Assembly (NCBI GenBank): GCA_963663225.1
Contig: OY760142.1
Location: forward strand, 2,560,001 to 2,624,000
Length of the DNA stretch: 64,000 nucleotides
Direction of reading: 5' to 3'
Origin: Nitrospirota bacterium
GTDB lineage: Bacteria; Nitrospirota; UBA9217
Position numbers and translations under genes: made by a program. This document shows, one piece after another, positions 40,673-49,631 of this stretch (positions are counted from its first letter, which is position 1; every line of letters starts with the position of its first letter). Under the pieces are notes generated by a model. That model was not told the origin of the DNA and ran no database searches. It saw only the letters and a program-made list of their open reading frames with translations.

Positions 40673-40882
40673 CGAATAAGGAAGAGTAGACTTTTGAAGA
40701 CCGTATTAATAAACTAAAAGCCCATTTAGTAAAGCACCGAGACCAGCGCTTCATCTGGTTTGAACCAGACTCCCTTCATTCCTGGGACTAAAAAGGCTTT
40801 TACTTTAGTCCGGCGTGGCGTGTCAGTCGACACGCTTCACGCTGGATAGTTATATTATATCACTATAGATTAGGAGAAATAA

Positions 40883-41104
40883 ATGCCAAAACTTTCTGAA
40901 AAATTAGCAAAAGCACGAAAGGGGAAAAACTTATCAATGAGCGACGTAGAGCGTCTGTCTAGAAAGATTGCTACTGATTATCGAGGAAAGATAACGCAGG
41001 GTTATATATCGAGGCTTGAATCTGGCAGTGAAACAAACCCATCTTATCAGAAGATAATGACACTATCAAAAATATATAAAATTAAACCCGGCAGCTTATT
41101 TTGA
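40883..41104 (+). CDS. XRE/Cro-CI family HTH regulator
   Basis: LAKARKGKNLS...ITQGYISRLESG..NPSYQKIMTLS. Confidence 0.88.
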   Translation: MPKLSEKLAKARKGKNLSMSDVERLSRKIATDYRGKITQGYISRLESGSETNPSYQKIMTLSKIYKIKPGSLF

Positions 41105-41177
41105 CATCAGTAAATTTTAAACTAAAACGGTATTTTCCTTATCTTCTTAGGACTGCTAAAGAAAAGGAGGCAAAAAA

Positions 41178-41678
41178 ATGAAAATATTTTTTATATACTG
41201 CTCGCTCTTATTGTTTTTATCTGCATGTGCTAACTGCAAACAAATGCATTCTCTGCAAATTGGCATGTCAGAGCAAGAGGTTGTGAAAATTATGGATCGT
41301 TCACCAAGTAAAGTTAGTGCATCTAGTAACTCTAAAATTATTTATTATTCATGCCGAGGGTCTATGCCAGATTCTGGTATGAAATTTATTGATAATAAGC
41401 TGGTTGCTTATGGGCCCGAAAGTCAAGTCAACGCAGACGCTTCCACGAGCCTTGTAGCACTAACACAAAATTCTTGGTCAAAAGAAGGAAGCACAGATGC
41501 TAATCAATTTAATAAAGATAAATATGATTGTGCAAAACAAGCAGAACGATCATATGCTACAGGAGGAAGTGGATTAGTTGGCATGATGAAGGCAAGTCAG
41601 TTCGAAGAAAAACAAGATAAAAAAGAATATGATTTTTTCGTTATGTGTATGGAATCGAAGGGTTATAAGAAAAAGTAG
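41178..41678 (+). CDS. Lipoprotein (SmpA/OmlA-like N part, CMESKGY C-terminal motif)
   Basis: Lipobox LSAC; LQIGMSEQEVVKIM. Confidence 0.65.
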   Translation: MKIFFIYCSLLLFLSACANCKQMHSLQIGMSEQEVVKIMDRSPSKVSASSNSKIIYYSCRGSMPDSGMKFIDNKLVAYGPESQVNADASTSLVALTQNSWSKEGSTDANQFNKDKYDCAKQAERSYATGGSGLVGMMKASQFEEKQDKKEYDFFVMCMESKGYKKK

Positions 41679-41739
41679 TTTCGCGAATGTTTCAGAAGGT
41701 TTCGGGTAGTGTTTGTGGATATGACGAAAGGAGAATAGC

Positions 41740-42285
41740 ATGACAAAGTTGATAAAGCTACTTCTACTTTTAGCATCCCTGTGTTTTTCTTGTACGCAAC
41801 AGAACCAAACCACAGCGCTGCAAATAACAAAACTAGAAAAAGAGATTGAAGTATTAAAATCAGCAATTGCTGAGTTAAAGCAGGATAGGTCTTGGGATGA
41901 ATTTGTTAAATCACTAGAGTCAACGGCATATCTCACACCCGGTGCGGGCGGATATTCTGTTATACAATGCGATCTAGGGCGTATGACTGTGCAGCTTAAT
42001 GACGTTAAGCCGTATGCTAACGGAAGTAAGATAACGCTTCGTATAGGGAACTTGACGACAGCTACCGTGAACGGTGCTAAAGCAAAGATAGAATGGGGCT
42101 CTGTAAACGAAAAGGGAATTCCTATTAATGAAAGTGCTAAAAACCGTGATTTTAATTTTAACAAACCACTTAGACCCGGTACTTGGAATCATGTGACTGT
42201 TATACTTGAGGGCGTACCACCGGTGCAATTAGGATTTGTTCGTATACGAGAAATGACTCATACAGGAATTGTTTTAAAACTTTAA
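41740..42285 (+). CDS. DUF3251/YajI-like lipoprotein
   Basis: Lipobox; YLTP, PYANGSKITLRIGN, IEWG, LRPGTW, QLGFVRI. Confidence 0.7.
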   Translation: MTKLIKLLLLLASLCFSCTQQNQTTALQITKLEKEIEVLKSAIAELKQDRSWDEFVKSLESTAYLTPGAGGYSVIQCDLGRMTVQLNDVKPYANGSKITLRIGNLTTATVNGAKAKIEWGSVNEKGIPINESAKNRDFNFNKPLRPGTWNHVTVILEGVPPVQLGFVRIREMTHTGIVLKL

Positions 42286-42323
42286 AAATATCTCTAAGGA
42301 ACAATTAAATATGCTGAGAAAGG

Positions 42324-43016
42324 TTGCTAATGAATAAATTTATTTTAACTTTTGTCGTGACCGTGACACTCTTTGTCACTCCCTCCTACGCTTGGCACGA
42401 TAAAACCCATATAGCAGTTGCTGAGGTCGCCGGTTACGAATGTTGGTACAATGCTGCCGGTGCAGATATTACTAAAACCAAGGCTGGTGCAATAGAGGAA
42501 AAGAACCATTACTTTAATAACTATGAAAATGAAACTATTACCGACAAAACGGTTCTTAGTCAGGTTAAGGCGTATAACAGCCCTACAGATAATGAGGGAC
42601 ACCTTTACGGGGCTATTATTGCCTCTTTGAGAGACTACCGAAAGAAGAAAGCTTCAGGTAAATACGCCGAGTACAATATGGCCTTTGCTGTTCATTATAT
42701 AGGGGATTTATCGCAGCCATTGCACAATGTTCGTTATGATCAATTCAATAAATCACATCACTCAGCGAATGACGGCATTGTAGATGACGAAGTCTTAGAT
42801 AATCTCAAGTCAATTGAAAAGAATATGTACGAGATTAAGCTGAATAAAGAAAGCTTTGAAGAAGACTTGGCAAAGGAGATCGCCCGAATAGCAAATATTT
42901 CACGTCAGCTTGCGGAGAAAATCAAAACAGAGAAGAGAAATATGACCAAAGAAGAGGCGTATATCCAATTGGGGCATAGTGCATCACTGTTAAAAGCCAT
43001 ACTCATGAATCATTGA
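42324..43016 (+). CDS. Secreted S1/P1 nuclease / Zn phospholipase C family protein
   Basis: Signal peptide ending SYA|W; WHDKTH, NHYFN, HYIGDLSQPLH, HSAND Zn ligands. Confidence 0.82.
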   Translation: MLMNKFILTFVVTVTLFVTPSYAWHDKTHIAVAEVAGYECWYNAAGADITKTKAGAIEEKNHYFNNYENETITDKTVLSQVKAYNSPTDNEGHLYGAIIASLRDYRKKKASGKYAEYNMAFAVHYIGDLSQPLHNVRYDQFNKSHHSANDGIVDDEVLDNLKSIEKNMYEIKLNKESFEEDLAKEIARIANISRQLAEKIKTEKRNMTKEEAYIQLGHSASLLKAILMNH

Positions 43017-43048
43017 GAATAATTTTAATGGATAAATGGGAGGGCATT

Positions 43049-44218
43049 ATGAAAAAGAGTTGTCTAGTCTTGGTATTTCTCTTCATCCCGGCCCTTGTGG
43101 TTGCTTCTGAGTCAATTTCTCAAAGTACATCAACGCATGTTCTTCCGGATGCTGACTTCAAAACAAATAGTACTAATACCAGCGTTATTAATCCTACAGA
43201 AATTAAATGGGAGGAAATCGATAAAGCAGAAGAACATTTTCAAAATGCTCTTTCGGCAGATTCGTTCGACGATTCAATTAAAGAAATAACTCGCGCTATT
43301 TTACTAAAGCCTGACAGAGCAAAGTACTATTCTTTTAGAGGTGATAAATACTATTTAAAAAGATCATTAGATGATTTTAAAAAAGATAAAAAACTATCTT
43401 TAAAAGCATTAAATGATTACAATGCTTGCCTTAAATTAAGTCAAAATGACCTAGATACAAACCTAGATTGTTCTATGGCAAAAGGAGAAATTCTTTGTAA
43501 TATAGGACGCTATAAAGAAGGGATAGCTGAATTAAGTAATAGTATTAATAAAATACACGATCAACATTTAAATACTTATGTGCAGGCAAGATTTTATGAA
43601 TTAAGAGCTTTATGCTATCAAGAGACGAAGCAATTCAACAAAGCAATAACTGATATATCTAAGGCTATTAATTTAAAAAAGGACAATAACTTTTATACTT
43701 TGATATCAAGAGCAGCTATGTATCAGCATATGAATTTGTTAAATGAATCTCTGCGCGACCTTCAAGCCGCGTGTAAAATGTGTAAAAACATAAAAGGATG
43801 CAAAGAATACCCCTGCTTATCAGCATTTAATTTAAAACGTACTATAAATAGAGGTGATAAATATCAGTACATAGGCTCGGTAGAAGATTATGATTGGTAT
43901 TATGATAAGCAAAGCATAGTACAAAAAAAACACCAAAACCTGAAAGTATGGTTGCGTCTAGAGCCAATAACTCAATTAAACTCAGGTGGAATATTGCTTG
44001 ATGAGAATTATTCTTATAAACTTTTACTATGGCACATTGACTGCCTAAATCGTGAACTTGCGGCAGAGTCCAGCGTTGAGTACGACACTAATGGGAAATT
44101 AGTAAAAAACTATCATTTTGACCCTAGTTCTAGTTACACAAAAGCCACTGTTGTGCCTGATAGTATGGGAGATGTTGTTGCAAATCACCTATGCAAAGTT
44201 CGCCGCAGCAAACACTAA
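43049..44218 (+). CDS. Exported TPR protein with C-terminal surface-adhesin-E-like domain
   Basis: Signal peptide, TPRs, WYYDKQSI...KVW...IDC...PDSMGDVVANHLC. Confidence 0.65.
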   Translation: MKKSCLVLVFLFIPALVVASESISQSTSTHVLPDADFKTNSTNTSVINPTEIKWEEIDKAEEHFQNALSADSFDDSIKEITRAILLKPDRAKYYSFRGDKYYLKRSLDDFKKDKKLSLKALNDYNACLKLSQNDLDTNLDCSMAKGEILCNIGRYKEGIAELSNSINKIHDQHLNTYVQARFYELRALCYQETKQFNKAITDISKAINLKKDNNFYTLISRAAMYQHMNLLNESLRDLQAACKMCKNIKGCKEYPCLSAFNLKRTINRGDKYQYIGSVEDYDWYYDKQSIVQKKHQNLKVWLRLEPITQLNSGGILLDENYSYKLLLWHIDCLNRELAAESSVEYDTNGKLVKNYHFDPSSSYTKATVVPDSMGDVVANHLCKVRRSKH

Positions 44219-44305
44219 TCAACTCATTTTTTGATTAGTGCAAAGCATTTTTTCTTATTTTTAATCCATTTAAAAACAGTTAATAGAAGGCTAATTGGTG
44301 ATAAA

Positions 44306-44461
44306 GTGGCAAACAAGGACGACCAGAAAGAAGTTGTTACTTTTGAAGAACTTTTGTTGAGCAACACAATTCAACAAGAAGCCATAGTCAATTTGCTAGT
44401 TAAAAAGGGCATAATAAGCAAAATAGAGCTACTTGAAGAGATTAAAAGAATTAGTACGTAG
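44306..44461 (+). CDS. Small hypothetical protein
   Basis: GTG start; EELLLSN...EAIVNLLVKKGIISKIELLEEIK helical pattern. Confidence 0.5.
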   Translation: MANKDDQKEVVTFEELLLSNTIQQEAIVNLLVKKGIISKIELLEEIKRIST

Positions 44462-44557
44462 CAAATGTAAATTATTTGATAAACCACGTATTAATCATTT
44501 GTGGATTGGAATTTAATAGGACATTATATAGATATTCTATCTAAGGAGGGTACTTAA

Positions 44558-45664
44558 ATGGGTTTTTATATCCGAAAAAGTATCAGTCTTGGTCCTTTTA
44601 GGTTCAATCTTTCCAAATCAGGGATAGGTGTATCTGCTGGAATCAAAGGTTTGCGATTTGGAACCGGCCCTAAAGGCAACTATGTTCACATGGGAAGAGG
44701 AGGTATTTATTTTAGACAAACCTTAACTCCATCAGGAAAACAAAACCTACCTAGGATCCCTGATAATCAAAATAGGACTTCTCCTCCACAAAACAGCTTA
44801 TCAATACCGCATGATCCGACCGTGGGTGAATTTAAAGAAATAGATAGTACCTCAGTATTTCAGATGACAAGTAGCTCATCAGAAAAACTTCTTAAAGAGA
44901 TCAATGAGAAACACCAAAAACCTCGAGCTGTCCCTATTGTGGCAATTTTTGTAGGATGTTTGGTGATGCTGCTATGGTATGCAAAAATTCCATCCTGGGC
45001 ACTAGCTTTATCAGTATTCATTGCAGTTGTCGGTATTCTCTTGGCCCATTGGAGGGACCAAATAAATAAAAATGTAGTTATTTTTTATGAATTTGATTCT
45101 GAACTGGAAAAAGCATACCAATCCTTATTGGATGCTTTTGCTAATATAACAAAATGTCAACGGATTAAACACGTAGAGGGCGCAGCAGAAGTTCTAGATA
45201 AAAAATATCATGCTGGCGCTAACAAGTTGGTTAGTATCAAATCTATTACGTTACAATCTGGCGATTTACCTTTTTTAAAAACCAATATTCCAGTACCTTT
45301 AATTCCTGCTGGAAGACAAAAGCTAGCTTTCCTTCCGGATCGGTTACTGGTTGTTGAATCTGGTGGAGTTGGTGCGGTGGAGTATGCAAATCTAAAATTT
45401 ACAATCTCTGCGGAAAATTTTATAGAGGAAGATGGCGTACCCAGTGATTCCGTCGTAGTCGGTCATACATGGAAATATGTAAATAAGAAGGGTGGTCCCG
45501 ATAAACGATTTAAGGATAATAGAGAGCTACCAATAGTTCGATATGAACAAATTGCTTTTTCAAGCGACACAGGTCTAAATGAAGTAATTCAGTGCTCACG
45601 AGTAGGAGTAGGCGCTTCTCTTGAAGCATCAGTACGGAAAATACAAAAAAACATAAAAATATAA
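44558..45664 (+). CDS. DUF4236 domain membrane protein
   Basis: MGFYIRKSISLGPFRFNLSKSGIGVSAG; two TM helices; TWKYVNKKGGPDKRFKDN. Confidence 0.82.
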   Translation: MGFYIRKSISLGPFRFNLSKSGIGVSAGIKGLRFGTGPKGNYVHMGRGGIYFRQTLTPSGKQNLPRIPDNQNRTSPPQNSLSIPHDPTVGEFKEIDSTSVFQMTSSSSEKLLKEINEKHQKPRAVPIVAIFVGCLVMLLWYAKIPSWALALSVFIAVVGILLAHWRDQINKNVVIFYEFDSELEKAYQSLLDAFANITKCQRIKHVEGAAEVLDKKYHAGANKLVSIKSITLQSGDLPFLKTNIPVPLIPAGRQKLAFLPDRLLVVESGGVGAVEYANLKFTISAENFIEEDGVPSDSVVVGHTWKYVNKKGGPDKRFKDNRELPIVRYEQIAFSSDTGLNEVIQCSRVGVGASLEASVRKIQKNIKI

Positions 45665-45692
45665 TTGATAGTTTAGGGTATATGAGGGGCAA

Positions 45693-46130
45693 ATGAAAAT
45701 TATTTTTTTAATTATTGGAATATTTTTGTTTATGACCAATCTGTCTTTTACTGCCGACCATAAGCTTGATAGAAAGCAGATTTATGAGTTGAAAGAAAAA
45801 TGCAGTAAACGAGCAGAAGAAGTTTTTAAAAGAGATTATAATTCATCATCTTGGCAGGAAGAAGACGGCTCACATGTGACTGTTAATTTCAGAAATCATT
45901 ATAATAGAAAAGTAAATAAATGTTTTATGTTAACAGCATATTCTTCATTTAATGTAAAAGAAAAAACACTTATTCGCACAGAAGATTTGATCGATATTAA
46001 TGAAAACAGAAAATATGGTACTTCTACAATATTGAACCATAATAAACCAATTGAATGCGTAATTCTGGATAAAATATGTAATTCGAAAAATGAATGGAAT
46101 CGTTTAATTAAACCATATATGGAAGAATAG
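45693..46130 (+). CDS. Exported hypothetical protein (4 Cys)
   Basis: Signal peptide; NHYNRKVNKCF. Confidence 0.65.
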   Translation: MKIIFLIIGIFLFMTNLSFTADHKLDRKQIYELKEKCSKRAEEVFKRDYNSSSWQEEDGSHVTVNFRNHYNRKVNKCFMLTAYSSFNVKEKTLIRTEDLIDINENRKYGTSTILNHNKPIECVILDKICNSKNEWNRLIKPYMEE

Positions 46131-46214
46131 GTTTAAAAAAAATGGGTGAGCTCCCGAAAAGAGCAACTTCGCGGCATAATTTGAGTAGCTTGAAGAAATG
46201 CAAGGAAAAGAAAA

Positions 46215-47198
46215 ATGAAAAAAGAATTGGATTTAAAAGCGTTAACAATGGGCAGCTTGTATTGGGATAGGCCTTCTTCTTATCTCCAAAAAAAGAAAGA
46301 TTTGATGTATCGAGACCCTTTGCTTCTTGAACTTGCAAAACTTATTGATTCATACGATATCAAACATAAATGTCCACCAGAAGATAAAATAACAGATTTA
46401 AAGAATCGCATTGAAGCTAAATGGAATGTTAGCCTTATTATTACTGGATATGCTCAGCCGAATGTCAATGGAGTTGAAATAGTAGAATCATTTAAACCTG
46501 ACTTGCCTCTTTCTCCTATAAAAGTTAAAGAAATCGACTTGAAAGGCAAAGAAGTTATTAAGGAAGCAGAAGTATTTCTTATTTACAATAGGGTTAAGGG
46601 CTTTCCTCTTTCGTCGTTTCCTGTTCTCTCCAGCGAAATGCTTATATCTACACAAGCACCCATATTGACGATTCAAGTAGACCTTGATTGCATAACTTTG
46701 AATGATAGTGCTTTCATGAGGAAGGCCATGTGGGAGATAATTAAGCGCAATCTTATGGAAAGACGAAATGCTAAACGTCCAGTAGCAAAGAGGTCAAAAG
46801 GAATTATCTTAAACGACCATGCAGAATTAGACTTTGTTTATACTAGCAAGGATGACATTTTTAAGAATTACCTTCGCTGGTATGATATGCATATAAGAGA
46901 AAAGTTAAGCTTTAGACTTATTGCACTTTACGAGAAAACGAAACCAGAACAGCAATCTTTTCTTCTTGAATGCATTAAAACACAAAAAAGCAGATATGGA
47001 ATATCTATCAAAGGAGAAGACAAAATAGAAAAAGGTATCAGACTTATCTATAAAGCTATTCACAGAGCAAACTATTCGAGGAATGCAGTTACCCCGACAC
47101 TTGAGGTTTATGATTGCCCGAAACATGGCAACCAGTGCCCTGTTTCTTGTACCTATTATAAAGAATGGCTTGCTAGATTCAATCGATTAACACCATAA
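46215..47198 (+). CDS. Hypothetical protein; possible DUF2285-like transcriptional activator with C-terminal Cys/His cluster
   Basis: LTIQVDL...YLRWYDMHIREKLSFRLIA; CPKHGNQCPVSC. Confidence 0.45.
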   Translation: MKKELDLKALTMGSLYWDRPSSYLQKKKDLMYRDPLLLELAKLIDSYDIKHKCPPEDKITDLKNRIEAKWNVSLIITGYAQPNVNGVEIVESFKPDLPLSPIKVKEIDLKGKEVIKEAEVFLIYNRVKGFPLSSFPVLSSEMLISTQAPILTIQVDLDCITLNDSAFMRKAMWEIIKRNLMERRNAKRPVAKRSKGIILNDHAELDFVYTSKDDIFKNYLRWYDMHIREKLSFRLIALYEKTKPEQQSFLLECIKTQKSRYGISIKGEDKIEKGIRLIYKAIHRANYSRNAVTPTLEVYDCPKHGNQCPVSCTYYKEWLARFNRLTP

Positions 47199-47317
47199 AC
47201 CCTCCCGTACCAATCTTTTTCATTTAAAGAAAAAAGATACACCTACCTTTTTTCGGATTTCCTAGGGTAGAAGGGATTTTACTTCTGCAATCTTGAAATC
47301 TGAAAAGAGATACGAAA

Positions 47318-47563
47318 ATGAAAAAGAACATTGAATCATTCATCACATCGTCTAATCAATTAGCAGCCTTCCTCATTACTCAAAAGTTCACATATCACCC
47401 CATAAAAATAGACGGAACCATCAAGATTGAGCTGCAAGGCCGTGATTTAACACAGGCCGTTGAAAAGTTCTATCATAATGCAGATGTTCCTGTGCAGTCG
47501 TATTTGGCCGCGTTTGATACATTGAGGGGAGCTGTCGCGCTTGCGCGTAGTAAACATGAATAA
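47318..47563 (+). CDS. DUF5659-like small protein
   Basis: FITSSNQLAAFL...FYHNADVPVQSY; resembles 49380-49628. Confidence 0.6.
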   Translation: MKKNIESFITSSNQLAAFLITQKFTYHPIKIDGTIKIELQGRDLTQAVEKFYHNADVPVQSYLAAFDTLRGAVALARSKHE

Positions 47564-48065
47564 ACATACTGCTGAGGATTGCATAGACAATAAAGTAGAG
47601 GCTTTGACACCTCGTGACATCCAAATAGCCGGTCTAAGGGCAGCAGGCCTGAACTATCGGGCTATAGGGCAGGAGGTAGGGGTTTCCAGGCAGACAGTCT
47701 GTACCACTCTAAAAGATGACTGTGTACGAGATATCGTAGAAAGCTGTAGACAACGATTTGCCTTAGAAGGCTTTGAGAAGGCAGTTACAAATATTTTAAA
47801 TCTTATCAAAGATTATGAATCTCCTGTTCTTCCTGATAAAGATGGGAAGCTTACCGGTGATCAATATCAGCGTAAAGAACACGGATACCGCGCTTCCATG
47901 AAAGCACTTGAATCGTTAGGCATCGTACCTGCACACACACCGACTTTTTTGCAAAACGTATTCAATGTTAACCAGTCTAACCATATTAATCCGATTGTTG
48001 ACAAGATTTTAACGATACATCTTTCTAGTGATCTAATGATGGAAGAGCCTCAAGAGGAGAAGTAG
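47556..48065 (+). CDS. HTH protein, terminase small subunit-like
   Basis: N-terminal HTH (LTPRDIQIAGLRAAGLNYRAIGQEVGVSRQTV), helical middle, NVFNVNQ C-terminal strand. Confidence 0.5.
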   Translation: MNKHTAEDCIDNKVEALTPRDIQIAGLRAAGLNYRAIGQEVGVSRQTVCTTLKDDCVRDIVESCRQRFALEGFEKAVTNILNLIKDYESPVLPDKDGKLTGDQYQRKEHGYRASMKALESLGIVPAHTPTFLQNVFNVNQSNHINPIVDKILTIHLSSDLMMEEPQEEK

Positions 48066-48110
48066 ACCACAACATAATGAAGGTTGTGACCTATGGGTAA
48101 AGACCAATTA

Positions 48111-48206
48111 AATCAATTAGTTAAAGTGGTATGTGTTAGTAAATTGTGCACTTGAAACTTATTGTAAAATGTTTTTTCTAGGGGGAGGGGGAGACCGGGA
48201 GACGGG
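48111..48206 (+). promoter_or_regulatory. IHF consensus site plus G-tract; candidate packaging (pac/cos) region
   Basis: AATCAATTAGTTA matches WATCAANNNNTTR; G5-A-G5-AGACC-G3-AGAC-G3 at 48181-48206. Confidence 0.4.
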
Positions 48207-48293
48207 AGTCCTCTTGGTGTTGGTGACAGTTATCCTCCCTTCACATAAATAGATTTTTTGGAATTATGAGCTACCAAGGCCCAGGAGGAAATC

Positions 48294-49337
48294 ATGCCAG
48301 AGTATACAGATCCATATTATTGGAGCAAGGATTTAATGAGAACCCAGTCTCAGCAGAAGGCTTTGGGGCAGACTCAAGGACTTTCTGCGCAAGCACTAAC
48401 AAACGTAGTGGCTGCCAATTACCAGGCTCAAGCACAAGAAGAATCTAGCCAAAGAAACTACGACCTAGCCGTCAGGCAGCAGACCCTTCAAGAGTCAGCT
48501 ACTAAGAGACAATTAGACCTAAAAGAACGTGAAAGTAATCAGCAAGCGGTAAGTAGTGCTGTGTCGGCACCGCTGGAGGGCCTCATGACATACAGACTAG
48601 GGGAACAAGCGGGTCTATGGGGCACAAAAGCGGCAGGTGATGCTACGATAACGGCCTTAGATACAGCTACGACACTACAAACCCCATCATTAGCGGTGGG
48701 TTCTCTTTATGGTACAACTTCAGCAGGATTGGGATTAGCAAGCACCCAAGCATTACCAGCCCTGTCAAGCTATGGGATTGGGGCTGAAGGTGTGCTGAGC
48801 TCTACTCCTGCATTAAGTACAGCATTACCTACTACATACACCGCTGGTGGGTTAGCCACAGACGTTACCGCTGGAACTGGTATGTGGTCTGCTATCGGTA
48901 GTGGCATATCCACAGCAGGAGAAGCCGTAGCCGGAGCTGCTACAGCGGCTTGGGAATGGCTTGCGGATATAGTTGTAGGTGTTGCCGCCTGGGTTCTTTG
49001 CTCAGAACTCGTAAGACAGGGATTACTTGAAAAAGAAATAGTAGATCAGGAATGGGAATATATCAAACCGCGTCTTACTACGGAAGTCTATTGGGGATAC
49101 AGACTATTAGCCGATCCTTTAGTAAGGATCATGCAAAGAAGTAAATTATTTACCAAGTGTATAGCTCCTTTTATCAGGGCTTTTGCTTATGAGATGGCTT
49201 CGAGGGTAAACCCTAATATCAAGGGAAGCCGTTTAGGTTCGTTTATTTTGTTTGTTGGATGTCCTATTTGCAAGGCTGTTTACATAGCCAAATACCGGAG
49301 GAAATCATGGCTCAAGCAAGTTTTCAGCTATAGATAG
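48294..49337 (+). CDS. Putative virion ejection / DNA-transfer-like protein
   Basis: Gln-rich coiled coil, long Gly/Ala/Thr hydrophobic tract, C-terminal WVLCSELVRQG...GYRLLADPLV...GCPIC domain; AGGAGG RBS. Confidence 0.45.
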   Translation: MPEYTDPYYWSKDLMRTQSQQKALGQTQGLSAQALTNVVAANYQAQAQEESSQRNYDLAVRQQTLQESATKRQLDLKERESNQQAVSSAVSAPLEGLMTYRLGEQAGLWGTKAAGDATITALDTATTLQTPSLAVGSLYGTTSAGLGLASTQALPALSSYGIGAEGVLSSTPALSTALPTTYTAGGLATDVTAGTGMWSAIGSGISTAGEAVAGAATAAWEWLADIVVGVAAWVLCSELVRQGLLEKEIVDQEWEYIKPRLTTEVYWGYRLLADPLVRIMQRSKLFTKCIAPFIRAFAYEMASRVNPNIKGSRLGSFILFVGCPICKAVYIAKYRRKSWLKQVFSYR

Positions 49338-49379
49338 TATCGCGTAATTCGAAATAGAAAAAAAGAGAAGGAGACTGAG

Positions 49380-49628
49380 ATGGAGAAGAAAAGATTCGAA
49401 ACACAAGATATTTGGCTTTCAACTTTCCTGTATATGTGCGGATTAGTGCCTATCCTCAAAATGCGACAAGATACGGTCGTTTTTGCATTTCCTGCCTCAT
49501 CCGATCTAGACCGCCTGATAGTAAATTTCAATAACAATGTATCTGTACCTTCCTTGGACTTTGTAAACGCTCACAAGCTGGTTAGAGGGAGAATGCATGA
49601 CCTAAAACACGGTCGGGATCGAGTATGA
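49380..49628 (+). CDS. DUF5659-like small protein
   Basis: FETQDIWLSTFL...VVFAFP...FNNNVSVPSLDFV. Confidence 0.7.
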   Translation: MEKKRFETQDIWLSTFLYMCGLVPILKMRQDTVVFAFPASSDLDRLIVNFNNNVSVPSLDFVNAHKLVRGRMHDLKHGRDRV

Positions 49629-49631
49629 GCT

